Virus record (IMG/VR): IMGVR_UViG_3300026484_000087
Location: 1-64,000 of that record
Length of the DNA stretch: 64,000 nt
Direction: 5' to 3' (one strand)
Below the pieces are notes generated by a model. The model was not told the origin of the DNA and ran no database searches. It worked only from the letters and a program-made list of their open reading frames with translations. A program made the position numbers and the translations under genes. Below, in pieces: positions 51,252 to 60,702 of this stretch (position 1 is its first letter; every line of letters begins with the position of its first letter).

Positions 51252-52220
51252 TTATAAGTCATTATAATCGACTTCCATAATATTATCCCCCATGTCTAGG
51301 GAATCTGTGTCAATGATGATCACATCATCGTTATCAGAAAAGTGATCATATATCTTATATGCACCAAATCCAATAAGACCTAAACCAATGATACCAGCGG
51401 CTACCTCTAGCCCTGACCAAGATGAGCTTGAAGAAGATGAGCTTGAAGATGTTTTAGACTCAGATTCTTTCTGAATCTTTTCAACTTCCTCTTTAACTAC
51501 TATGTTTAATTCTTCAACCAAAGTAGATGTATCAGCAGCTACTTCAGCTTCAGCTTCAGCAATAACATCTTCCTTTTTAGCTTCTGCGGCTTCTTTGTCT
51601 GCTTGTTCTTTAGCTAATCTTCTACCCTCATCTCTCATTGCTAAAACATACGATCTAACTGATGCAGTTGGGTTTGTCTTATATAACTCAACCCAGTCCT
51701 CTTTGAGGACTGGCATATATTGTTTTCTGTCTTCTGAATCTTTCTCCAGAAACTTAAAATAACTGGAAAATAATTTAACATTATCCTCATTAAGACCACC
51801 AATTTCATTAATAATTACTACCTCAGCATTGATCACTTTAAAAGTTTGAGCAACATCTAAAAGCTCGATTTGAAAATATTCGATTGGAGAATTACCCATA
51901 TCGATTTCTCCATCATAATACCTTTCGGCTTTTTCATCTTCCAATTCGGAAAATGAGTTCTCAAAAGCCTCACATTCATCAAGTATTGCGTCAACACGCT
52001 CTCTTGATGTTTTATCAACATTGCTATAAAACTCATCATTAAATACAGTGAAAGCAAGGTCAGCTAATTGAAGAACCCGATTTACTGCATCCAGATATTT
52101 TCCTAATACCGCTGTTGCTGCAGCATTAGCATCATATGTAGCTACAACTGTTTCCACCTGTTTAACGCTTTGTTTTTTAGTATTAATAGGTCTTTGTCTG
52201 TTTCTTCTTGAGTTTTTCAT
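51252..52220 (-). CDS. Early, membrane-anchored acidic helical protein
   Basis: Poly-Ser linker, TM near the C-terminus, acidic tail; start ATG 52220 behind AAGGA; motif copy 6 upstream. Confidence 0.7.
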   Translation of the reverse strand: MKNSRRNRQRPINTKKQSVKQVETVVATYDANAAATAVLGKYLDAVNRVLQLADLAFTVFNDEFYSNVDKTSRERVDAILDECEAFENSFSELEDEKAERYYDGEIDMGNSPIEYFQIELLDVAQTFKVINAEVVIINEIGGLNEDNVKLFSSYFKFLEKDSEDRKQYMPVLKEDWVELYKTNPTASVRSYVLAMRDEGRRLAKEQADKEAAEAKKEDVIAEAEAEVAADTSTLVEELNIVVKEEVEKIQKESESKTSSSSSSSSSSWSGLEVAAGIIGLGLIGFGAYKIYDHFSDNDDVIIIDTDSLDMGDNIMEVDYNDL

Positions 52221-52280
52221 AATATATCCTTTTGTTGTTAGAGGTACCATTCGAGGGCACTTAACTGTATATTATAGTTT

Positions 52281-52312
52281 AATACTGTCACGTATCTACA
52301 TATATTATATAT
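52281..52312 (-). promoter_or_regulatory. Conserved early-promoter/5'-hairpin element, copy 6 (diverged)
   Basis: ATATATAATATATGTAGATACGTGACAGTATT. Confidence 0.55.
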
Positions 52313-52339
52313 GGTTGAAAAAAAATGGAAACTCAATAT

Positions 52340-52373
52340 TTACATACATTAGCAATTAAGCTAATGTATGTAA
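52340..52373 (-). terminator. Intrinsic terminator-like hairpin
   Basis: 14-bp stem, 6-nt loop. Confidence 0.65.
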
Positions 52374-52375
52374 GA

Positions 52376-53188
52376 TTATGCAGAGTAATATCTGATAACG
52401 TTATCTCTAGCGATATCACTAACGATTGTTTCATCAGGATTTAGAGCGTACTCTAAGTTAAGTTGTTTAATTCTTTGCTGTCTAGTTTCATAGTTAGCAA
52501 GTTGACTAATAACTTCATTAACATTTAATAATGTAGTTAACTCTTCTTGATCCCATTTCCATAGATAATCGAATCTTGAAAGATAATGTTCACCCATAGA
52601 TTCTTTAGCATAGTGGTTAAAGAATAAGTTAACTATATCAAACTGTTGTTTAAATGCACCAAAGTCTTCTATAGAGAAGATAGTTCTATATAAGTTAAGT
52701 AGCTCATATTGTTTACCAACCATAAGTTGTTCATTTTGAACTGCACCTGGTTTCATAGCTTTATTATAAGACTCTAGGATATTAGCAGTAACTCTAATTT
52801 TACCAGTTGCTTCAGTTAAACAATATTTAACTTTGTCAGCAATACTAACTTTACTATCAGTTAAAGGATTCTTACCTCTAGCTTTTTTGGCTTTTTCTTC
52901 TTGAAGACGTTTCTCTTCAGCAAGTCTTTCCTCTTCTTCTTTTTTAGCTTTAGCTTCTGCGGCTTCTTTGTCTGCTTGTTCTTTAGCTATTTTTTCAGCT
53001 TCCTCTTTTTCAGCAGCTTCTGCCTTAGCAGCATCTTCAGCTTTTTGAGACTCAACATCTGCAATATCTTCTGTAGTAGGACCATCAATAGTTGGGTCAC
53101 TATCAATTTCAGTAGACTGTGTTTCTACTTGTTCAACTTCTGTAGTTTCTTCTACAACCTTTTGATTTCTATTTCTTTGCTTAGCCAT
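52376..53188 (-). CDS. Protein with E/K/A-rich N-terminal helix and phiKZ-like C-terminal domain
   Basis: YNKAMKPG...Q..L...I C-terminal pattern. Confidence 0.6.
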   Translation of the reverse strand: MAKQRNRNQKVVEETTEVEQVETQSTEIDSDPTIDGPTTEDIADVESQKAEDAAKAEAAEKEEAEKIAKEQADKEAAEAKAKKEEEERLAEEKRLQEEKAKKARGKNPLTDSKVSIADKVKYCLTEATGKIRVTANILESYNKAMKPGAVQNEQLMVGKQYELLNLYRTIFSIEDFGAFKQQFDIVNLFFNHYAKESMGEHYLSRFDYLWKWDQEELTTLLNVNEVISQLANYETRQQRIKQLNLEYALNPDETIVSDIARDNVIRYYSA

Positions 53189-53215
53189 ATATCTTTCCTT
53201 CTTTTAATTTTTGTT

Positions 53216-53917
53216 TCATTTTAAAGCATTTAAAAACTCAACTATACGCTCTTTTGCAGATGCATTTTTAAGATTAAAAACAGGTATACCCAGATCCTCA
53301 CATGCATAAATCATAAATGACATGTTACCTGTAGTTTTATAATCAACATCAGCTTTTGTTTCTGCACCATCTGGCGTATATGTTATAAATAGGTTAAGAG
53401 GAGTATTGCACTCATCACCTATTAACATATGTACATTTCTAGCAACGATGGCTCTTACAGTTGGTGGTAGCTTATTAAATGCTTTATGAAATAATGCAGC
53501 ATGACCATATGCTTTTTCAGAAGGTCTATTTAATTTAGCAGTTACATCTTTATTAAAACCTTTCCATGGAAGATAGATTTCAGATCTACTTTTACCAGCA
53601 CTATACCCTTGAAGAGATGCTTTATCCTGTACATTACCATCAAATCTATATGTGAAACCTTTGCTAATAAGTAACTTGGTAAGTTGTTCAATAAGAATTA
53701 TAGTTTCACCAGGAACTTCGCCATGCGACATAACAGTAAACATTCTGTTAAATCTAAGTAAACTATCTTTATCAACCTTAACTGGTTCGATATGATCTTC
53801 CCATAAGTTAACTTTCTTCTTATCATCTTTTTTATATTCTTGCTTAGGCTCTGGAGACGAAGCAATTTCAGATTTTGGTTCTTCAGTACTATCTAAGATA
53901 TCCATTAAATCATCCAT
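53216..53917 (-). CDS. DprA/SLOG-like nucleotide-binding protein
   Basis: EIYLPWKGFN, ARNVHMLIG, YTPDG, IPVFNL. Confidence 0.75.
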   Translation of the reverse strand: MDDLMDILDSTEEPKSEIASSPEPKQEYKKDDKKKVNLWEDHIEPVKVDKDSLLRFNRMFTVMSHGEVPGETIILIEQLTKLLISKGFTYRFDGNVQDKASLQGYSAGKSRSEIYLPWKGFNKDVTAKLNRPSEKAYGHAALFHKAFNKLPPTVRAIVARNVHMLIGDECNTPLNLFITYTPDGAETKADVDYKTTGNMSFMIYACEDLGIPVFNLKNASAKERIVEFLNALK

Positions 53918-53970
53918 AATTATCCTTTTTATATTATTTTATCATTTAAACATGTTGGTTAAAAAAACTA

Positions 53971-55254
53971 TTAAGACAACATATCACCTAAATCCATTTT
54001 AACTGTTTTTATAGTAGTATCATGCATTGCTTTCATACTCAGATTAAGTATTGTACCACCAATATTAGTAACGATTAATGGAACGCTATTCGCATTTATA
54101 CTTAAACCAGTACCTGCACATATACTGCATATAGATTCACCTTTACTTAAACAATACATTGGCGATCTCATTTTAACATCTTTACCTATATAAGATTTGG
54201 CTACATTAATATCCTCCACATAAACTATTGTGGACCCAGATACAAGATATCTACCTATAAGGCTTTTATAATTATCATTCGTAACATTCCACATCTTATA
54301 ACCGTTGGTTTTACAATCCCCTTTACTTATAGTAATAGCCGAAGTTGCTCTAAGAAGTATCTTAGCTGTAAGTCCACCTTTATATGTTTCATTACCCCTA
54401 CTATAACTTGCGAACCTAACACTATTAAAATTACTGGCTAATTCTTTTGGATCATTACTATAACCATCTTCTAAGGCATGTTCAACTAGCTGTGCGTCAT
54501 CTTCTGGATTACTAAAGTTAACTTCAGCACCAGTCATTAGGAATAGTTTCTTTCTACTATTATTAAGGATCTTACCACCCATTAATTTACCTAAGGAAGG
54601 ATCATCTTTTAAGAACTCTTTATCATATGCTTTTAACTTATTCTCTATCTCAGCAATAACAGTATAATCTTTAAGGGCATCTGGACCATGTTCTTTAACA
54701 ACTTCCTCTATGAGCTTTTTACGATATTGTTTTATTCCATCTGGGGCTATCATTGACTTTTCTGTAGCTGAAACAGATATGACTTCTGCCCAATTCTGTA
54801 AATAAGTAGAGGCGTCTACAAAGTTAACATATTCGTCAATGCTTATGCCATCTTTTTTATCATCGTTATCCTTAAGAAGTATCGTTATATATTCATTCTC
54901 TATATCACTTACTTCAAAACGTTTATTTTGATAAGGCACCTTAGAACCAAAATTACCACTTAATAAAACATAGTTTAAAAGAACTCTACCTATTGTAGTA
55001 TCCTCATCCTTTTCAACGTTTTCTAAGAAACCTTTTTCTATCTTTATAGTATCTGTTGGATTTAAAATAGCTTTTCCTTTAACAGCACCATCTAAAACAA
55101 TATCTTTACCGTCAACATTAACCAATATAGAATTCTTATCAAACTTTATAAAATCGTTATCTTCTAGACCTATGGAAAACATAGCTATAACCCAATTAAG
55201 CTTTAATACTAACTTATTGTCTATGCTATACTTTAAATACTCTTTAATAGTCAT
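53971..55254 (-). CDS. Virion RNA polymerase beta' fragment (phiKZ gp80-like)
   Basis: TTIGR, R..SYSRG.ET.KGG bridge-helix-like region, DC, MRSPMYC...ICSICAG, MKAMH. Confidence 0.82.
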   Translation of the reverse strand: MTIKEYLKYSIDNKLVLKLNWVIAMFSIGLEDNDFIKFDKNSILVNVDGKDIVLDGAVKGKAILNPTDTIKIEKGFLENVEKDEDTTIGRVLLNYVLLSGNFGSKVPYQNKRFEVSDIENEYITILLKDNDDKKDGISIDEYVNFVDASTYLQNWAEVISVSATEKSMIAPDGIKQYRKKLIEEVVKEHGPDALKDYTVIAEIENKLKAYDKEFLKDDPSLGKLMGGKILNNSRKKLFLMTGAEVNFSNPEDDAQLVEHALEDGYSNDPKELASNFNSVRFASYSRGNETYKGGLTAKILLRATSAITISKGDCKTNGYKMWNVTNDNYKSLIGRYLVSGSTIVYVEDINVAKSYIGKDVKMRSPMYCLSKGESICSICAGTGLSINANSVPLIVTNIGGTILNLSMKAMHDTTIKTVKMDLGDMLS

Positions 55255-56159
55255 TATGCCTCCTTACTGAATACGTTATACTTATCCAAGTCTTTCAACT
55301 TAGAATATATAGATTCTACTTTTGATTTAACAATATTATAAACTATTGCTTTATCATTCTCATTCTCTATAATGTCCTCTACTATTTCTATATAAGCATC
55401 TAACATATTAAAACGTTGATCTTTAGATATTAAGATTAATGAAATGATGTCAAATGCAGCTTCTCTTGGATCGTGAGATATGTTATCAAAATATGCTTCC
55501 ATTAGTTTAGACAACTCTATATCTAAAATCATACCATCTACAGATATAACTAAACCAAGTATTTTATGGTCCTTAGTATCTTTATCTATAAACCTAAGAA
55601 GTTTTATCATGACATTGGCTTTTCTACTATCAATGATGCTTTGTGTAATATCTTCACTCTCATCTATAGTATTAACTATTGTATCTAGAACTTCTTTTAC
55701 CTTTTTACTAAACATAGGTCTAACTTCATCTATGATATCAAATACTCTATATTTACCAATATCGGTTATAGAACTTATAACGTCTGACATTACTTCAAAC
55801 TGATCATCTACGTTCTCATAGCTACTAACAAGGTTAACTGCTATACTATAATCAATTTCCATAATAGTAGCCATAGACATTAGAATAGAACTTATTTCAT
55901 TTAACTTAGTTTTTTCTCTATCAAGAATCAATCCCATTTCATCTAGCACATCAAATGCACTATTAGTTATAGTCTTAATTAATAAAAAAGAATAATTATC
56001 TGGTCTACCATCCATAGGTAGGTTAACTATATCATATAACCTATTTGTTATAACATCATATTCCAATATCTCAAATGCAGATAATATTCTAAATATATCT
56101 GCATGTGATACTGGATGACAGTTATCATAAATTTCTTCCTTTATTAACTCATCTTCCAT
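55254..56159 (-). CDS. Conserved hypothetical protein (phiKZ gp79-like)
   Basis: Coupled to the vRNAP gene; gene order. Confidence 0.55.
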   Translation of the reverse strand: MEDELIKEEIYDNCHPVSHADIFRILSAFEILEYDVITNRLYDIVNLPMDGRPDNYSFLLIKTITNSAFDVLDEMGLILDREKTKLNEISSILMSMATIMEIDYSIAVNLVSSYENVDDQFEVMSDVISSITDIGKYRVFDIIDEVRPMFSKKVKEVLDTIVNTIDESEDITQSIIDSRKANVMIKLLRFIDKDTKDHKILGLVISVDGMILDIELSKLMEAYFDNISHDPREAAFDIISLILISKDQRFNMLDAYIEIVEDIIENENDKAIVYNIVKSKVESIYSKLKDLDKYNVFSKEA

Positions 56160-56174
56160 ATTTTACTTCCTTAT

Positions 56175-56783
56175 TTAAAGCTCATCACCATCTGGACTAG
56201 ATGGATCAATACCATTAGCGATTAAGTCAGCAACAGCATCCCAAGTATCTCTTATTGAAAATTGATCTATAGGATGTAAATCATCTATTTCACTACTACT
56301 GTAAGAAACAATAAAACCATCACCGTTATCATCAAATTGTAACATTCCATCCATAACCTCTTTATAACGGATATGTTCCTCCACATTTTTAACACTTGGA
56401 TCCACGTTATAATACATATCGTCATATGCACTACATTGTTGATTTCTGTTAAGATCGAATAATTCTGGTTGTACCATAATATATTCTTGCATCTTTGGTG
56501 TAGCATTAAATACTGTTGATGTATTGTATCTAATAATTACATCTGGATTAATATGGTTATCTAATGTACTAACTAACGCTTTCGCACTATTTATAACAGC
56601 TGCACTATTATAATTCTCATAGATACTCCTAGTTGTATCTATGAAGTTACTGGCAATATTACCTAACTTAGCAGTAGCTGAATTTATAGAATTATTTATA
56701 TAGTTTAACAAATTGCCATCTGGTTGCGTATATACTAAGGCTTCAAACCCAGCATCCCCGCCTGATATAACTCTTGCTTGCAT
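56175..56783 (-). CDS. Conserved phiKZ-like core protein
   Basis: MQEYIMVQP...YKEVMDG...TW...DPSS; start ATG 56783 behind AAGGAGG. Confidence 0.6.
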   Translation of the reverse strand: MQARVISGGDAGFEALVYTQPDGNLLNYINNSINSATAKLGNIASNFIDTTRSIYENYNSAAVINSAKALVSTLDNHINPDVIIRYNTSTVFNATPKMQEYIMVQPELFDLNRNQQCSAYDDMYYNVDPSVKNVEEHIRYKEVMDGMLQFDDNGDGFIVSYSSSEIDDLHPIDQFSIRDTWDAVADLIANGIDPSSPDGDEL

Positions 56784-56954
56784 GCGTCCTCCTTTTCTTA
56801 TCATTTATTTACCATGGTTGAAAAAAGTATAAGAATATACAGTTCTCTATATTAATAATATATGCTTAAATAAAATTTGATTACATAAAAAATGTAAATG
56901 ATTAATATTATTGATAACAGACATATTAGTCTAATTATACAAAAGGATAAAAAA

Positions 56955-57506
56955 ATGAGTGAAAATGTTAAAAACGAAAAGGTAACTGCTGAGAATGATG
57001 ATTTCTCTGCTAAGAAAGTAGATAAGGAAAATATTGCTGGAAATGAAGAAATCGTTGGAGTAGTTCCTGTTGATAGCAAAAATGTTAGTTGGGATGAATT
57101 ACATGCCACACATAAGGGTATGGCTAGTGACATTTTAGACTTACAAATGCTTGTTGTTACTATGGTTAAAACAAATGAACATAAAATTGATTCAGACCCT
57201 AAACTATATGCGATGGTTACTGGATTAATGAAATCTATAGATGATGTTGCTTTAGAGCTAAAAGAAACTCAAGATAGATACGCTGGTAAGGGTACTGGTC
57301 TTATCGATAAAGACGATGAAGAAGGAAACATGTTATATGTTGAAACTCTTGGTAGATATATTGGTATCGGTGAAAAATTTGCTGTTCTATCTAGCACTGC
57401 TATTACCGACATTGTTACCCTTATAAATTTGGATAATAACATTATTCAAACATCTATAAAAGTACAAACTGACATAGCTAAAGCTGTAGCTGAAAACAAT
57501 AAATAA
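56955..57506 (+). CDS. Hypothetical protein
   Basis: ATG 56955 behind AAGGA. Confidence 0.65.
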   Translation: MSENVKNEKVTAENDDFSAKKVDKENIAGNEEIVGVVPVDSKNVSWDELHATHKGMASDILDLQMLVVTMVKTNEHKIDSDPKLYAMVTGLMKSIDDVALELKETQDRYAGKGTGLIDKDDEEGNMLYVETLGRYIGIGEKFAVLSSTAITDIVTLINLDNNIIQTSIKVQTDIAKAVAENNK

Positions 57507-57519
57507 GAAAGGATGATTT

Positions 57520-59133
57520 ATGAATAAGCCGAAATTTAATGGAGGTATTGATCTAACTTCAAATAGACCAGTATCTGTAGCCGACGTTGAAGTAAAAGAA
57601 GAAGGTGCTGTAGTTGAGCCTAAGGTAGCCGATGTAGCTCCTAAAAAAGAGATACAAGAACCAATTAAACAGGAAGAACCTATAGAGGTTGAAAAAGAAA
57701 TAGAGGAAATATTACCTGGTGGACCTATGGTAGATGCTGTAATTATGCCTAGTAGTACATATGAAGATATTTTTAATGCCATGAAAATCATGAATAGTAT
57801 CGACGACGATACGTTTGCTGATGATTTCACAGATAAAGAGTCTTTAGCTGTAGGAATAGTTGCTGATGGTCTTAGAGTAACAGTTAAGCAGAATGCTTTA
57901 GTTAATACTCTAAAAGACAAAGAAGCACAATGGGAACTTGAACCAAAGTATGCAGATAAAGCTTTAACTATCAGAGAACTTGTTGTTGGTAAAAATGCTA
58001 AAGGAGAACTAAAGGGTTCTGCTGCTACAGCTAAGTTTTATAACTACCTTGGACTTGGTGGTATTATACAGGTACCATTATGGCATAGTGGGTTTTGGAT
58101 CTCTTTAAAACCAATTAAAGAATCTGATCTTCTAAACTTGGAGATGTCTATTGCTGACAACCAAATTAGATTAGGTAGGGAAACAAACACTTTAATCTAT
58201 TCTAACTACAGCGTTGTATTTGATAGACTTGTTTTAGAATTTGTTACTAGACATATCCAAAGTTGTTCTTTAGACATTGCTGACATAAATGAGATAACTA
58301 AATATATTAAGATGCAAGATCTTTATCCTTTAGTTAATGGTTTAATTCAATCTATTTATGTTAAAGGTTTTAAAGACGTTAGAACATGTATGAATTCTTT
58401 AAACATAAATCCAGTTACTGGTAAACCTGAATGCGATCATACCATAGAATCCATTATTGATCCTAAGAAATTGTTATGGGTAAATAGAAAAGCTCTAGAT
58501 ACTAACCATATGAAAATAATGGTTAAGCGTGGTCCTAAAACAGTAAGTATAGATGAGGTGCTTGAGTATCAATCTACATTACCTGTAAACAAACCACATA
58601 CGTATACTATACCTACTGAAAATGGTCTAGATATAACAATGACTTTAAAAGCACCTACAATTGATGAACATATTATTAGTGGTGAAACGTGGGTAAACAA
58701 CATTATAGATCTTACTGAAAAATTATTCACTGAGAAACTTAGTGTAGATGAAAAGAACAAGAGAGTTAACGCAAGTAGTAAAATGGTTCTTCTAAGTGCA
58801 TACAATCACTTTATTCAGTCTCTTGGATTACCAGATGGTAGCACTGTTAATGATAAAGAAACAATGGACAATATCTTAGAGATGCTAGTTTCTGATCAAG
58901 TTGCATTTAAAGAGATTCTTAGTAGAGTAAAAGATTATATAGATCTTAACACTATTGCTGTTGTTGGTATTCCTAAATACAGATGTCCAAATTGTGATCT
59001 TAAACAAGGTGATGATAATCTAAATGAGGCATTTAAAGACATTATTCCAATAAATGTACTTGAAGCTTTTTTCGACCTAAGCATTCTCAAAACAAGCAAA
59101 ATTTCAGAAAGAAACCTGGAAGAGAACATCTAG
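57520..59133 (+). CDS. Baseplate-hub/tail assembly chaperone-like protein (phiKZ gp77-like)
   Basis: VPLWHSGFWI, C..C and CPNC zinc motifs, C-terminal IIPIN...FF. Confidence 0.65.
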   Translation: MNKPKFNGGIDLTSNRPVSVADVEVKEEGAVVEPKVADVAPKKEIQEPIKQEEPIEVEKEIEEILPGGPMVDAVIMPSSTYEDIFNAMKIMNSIDDDTFADDFTDKESLAVGIVADGLRVTVKQNALVNTLKDKEAQWELEPKYADKALTIRELVVGKNAKGELKGSAATAKFYNYLGLGGIIQVPLWHSGFWISLKPIKESDLLNLEMSIADNQIRLGRETNTLIYSNYSVVFDRLVLEFVTRHIQSCSLDIADINEITKYIKMQDLYPLVNGLIQSIYVKGFKDVRTCMNSLNINPVTGKPECDHTIESIIDPKKLLWVNRKALDTNHMKIMVKRGPKTVSIDEVLEYQSTLPVNKPHTYTIPTENGLDITMTLKAPTIDEHIISGETWVNNIIDLTEKLFTEKLSVDEKNKRVNASSKMVLLSAYNHFIQSLGLPDGSTVNDKETMDNILEMLVSDQVAFKEILSRVKDYIDLNTIAVVGIPKYRCPNCDLKQGDDNLNEAFKDIIPINVLEAFFDLSILKTSKISERNLEENI

Positions 59134-59582
59134 TAGAACGCAAACTAGAAAGTAACAACCTTGAATATATAGATAACATTATACAAAATATAAGTATAGT
59201 GTTATCTAGCCCTGAGAGTGCTATTCTTTTATCTGACGTTTATGATGACATAAATGGTCTTAAGGGCAATAGTGAAGCCGATAAACTATTCGGCAGCGTT
59301 TTATACAGAGAAGAGGAAGACCTGGTTGTTTGTACTAGATTAGATAGCCTTATAAAGATTTACAGTTCTTACAATATAAGAGAATTCTTTGGACTTAGTC
59401 TAAATGAATTTATGGATTTGCCTGGATGGAAAATAAATAGTCTTACAGAAAATGCAATAGAAATAATGGAAGAAAAAGAAAAAGAATTAGCTGAACTTCA
59501 GGAAGAAGTTGAAAATGATTCATCTAACATAGAAAATAGTATGGAGAGAACAATGTATGATATAGGAGAAACACGTGGATAA
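59064..59582 (+). CDS. phiKZ gp76-like ORF, probably expressed as a frameshift extension of 57520-59133
   Basis: YNIREFFGLSLNEFMDLP motif; first possible start (GTG 59199) has no RBS. Confidence 0.65.
   Translation, partial: SFFRPKHSQNKQNFRKKPGREHLVERKLESNNLEYIDNIIQNISIVLSSPESAILLSDVYDDINGLKGNSEADKLFGSVLYREEEDLVVCTRLDSLIKIYSSYNIREFFGLSLNEFMDLPGWKINSLTENAIEIMEEKEKELAELQEEVENDSSNIENSMERTMYDIGETRG
59067..59073 (+). other. Candidate programmed -1 ribosomal frameshift site T TTT TTC
   Basis: X XXY YYZ heptamer in the correct phase; the -1 frame opens at 59064 and runs without a stop to 59582. Confidence 0.65.
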
Positions 59583-60273
59583 TGATATTATAAACGGGGT
59601 ATACATAGAACTTGATACATTAATGGATACCAGATTAAGTTTATTATTCGATATAGATAAGGATATGATAGTACCTTACATAACAAGTGGTAAGTATCAT
59701 AATCGCTATATTGATGAATTTGGTTATTTGTCTGTAAAAGTATTTAGAACTATTTATAAAAAAAGAAATGCTAATGTTCTAAATAACCCTAGTCCAACTA
59801 TGATAATGGACCTATTGTCTGACTATTGTTACGAAGCTCTGCATTCTAGTAAAACATTTAATAATGGTAAACCAATAAATGTATTCTTAAATCTGTACCC
59901 GTACAATCTAACTGAAGAAAGCAAAGAGCTTATAAGAATGGGTATGGTTAATAATCTCAAATCTGAAGTTAATGTTGAGTTACTATTTAAACCTTACGAT
60001 GAAATTACTCCTGACTTCATAAATGATGAAATAGGGTTGATGATAATGTATGATGGATTATCTTGGGTGGAACACCATATGCTTAATAAAAACTTAATTA
60101 AGACATCTTTACCAAATGTTACACTATTAACTCCTATGCTTCTACATAGAAAACTTATGATTAAAGAAAGTGAGTTAGGAACGTTCTTTGAAGATGTAGA
60201 AAAAAACATGGCTATGCTAATAGGTATAAATTTTATACCTACCAAATTCTTCTCTGTTAAAAAAGAAAAATAA
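59575..60273 (+). CDS. Conserved core protein (phiKZ gp59-like, HAD-like N-terminus)
   Basis: YIELDTLMDTRL and NLYPYNL motifs; GTG start with AGGAG. Confidence 0.65.
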   Translation: MDNDIINGVYIELDTLMDTRLSLLFDIDKDMIVPYITSGKYHNRYIDEFGYLSVKVFRTIYKKRNANVLNNPSPTMIMDLLSDYCYEALHSSKTFNNGKPINVFLNLYPYNLTEESKELIRMGMVNNLKSEVNVELLFKPYDEITPDFINDEIGLMIMYDGLSWVEHHMLNKNLIKTSLPNVTLLTPMLLHRKLMIKESELGTFFEDVEKNMAMLIGINFIPTKFFSVKKEK

Positions 60274-60307
60274 CTATACTATGTAGCAATGCTACATAGT
60301 ATAGTTA
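60271..60307. terminator. Putative bidirectional terminator
   Basis: 18-bp perfect stem overlapping both stop codons. Confidence 0.7.
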
Positions 60308-60487
60308 ACCTGCTGAGTGTATTAGACTTAAAAGTATTAACCATGTTATATACATGCCTATAAAGGCCCCTACAACATAAAATGATATACCTAATAAGAA
60401 TATCATATCACGATTCTTTATAGCCGTATAGAGCATTAGAATGAGCATTAGAGACAATATTATTGTCGTAGCTATTAAAACAAACAT
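60305..60487 (-). CDS. Small two-TM membrane protein
   Basis: Two hydrophobic segments. Confidence 0.6.
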   Translation of the reverse strand: MFVLIATTIILSLMLILMLYTAIKNRDMIFLLGISFYVVGAFIGMYITWLILLSLIHSAG

Positions 60488-60488
60488 T

Positions 60489-60695
60489 TTAATACTTACT
60501 TAAAATCTCTAATAATAAAGCTTCTGCTGTTTCTTCAACAACATCTTCTATAGTAAGAAGAGCTTCTAGCTCTCCTATAAAATCTTTATTATTATCATCT
60601 AACAATTTAAATACTTTTAATCTAGTTTCATCATTTATATTTGGATGGATATGCTCATCTATAAATATATCCATTCTTTCTTTAGTAACCATCAT
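60489..60695 (-). CDS. Small acidic hypothetical protein
   Basis: AAGGAG RBS. Confidence 0.6.
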   Translation of the reverse strand: MMVTKERMDIFIDEHIHPNINDETRLKVFKLLDDNNKDFIGELEALLTIEDVVEETAEALLLEILSKY

Positions 60696-60702
60696 TACTC
60701 CT

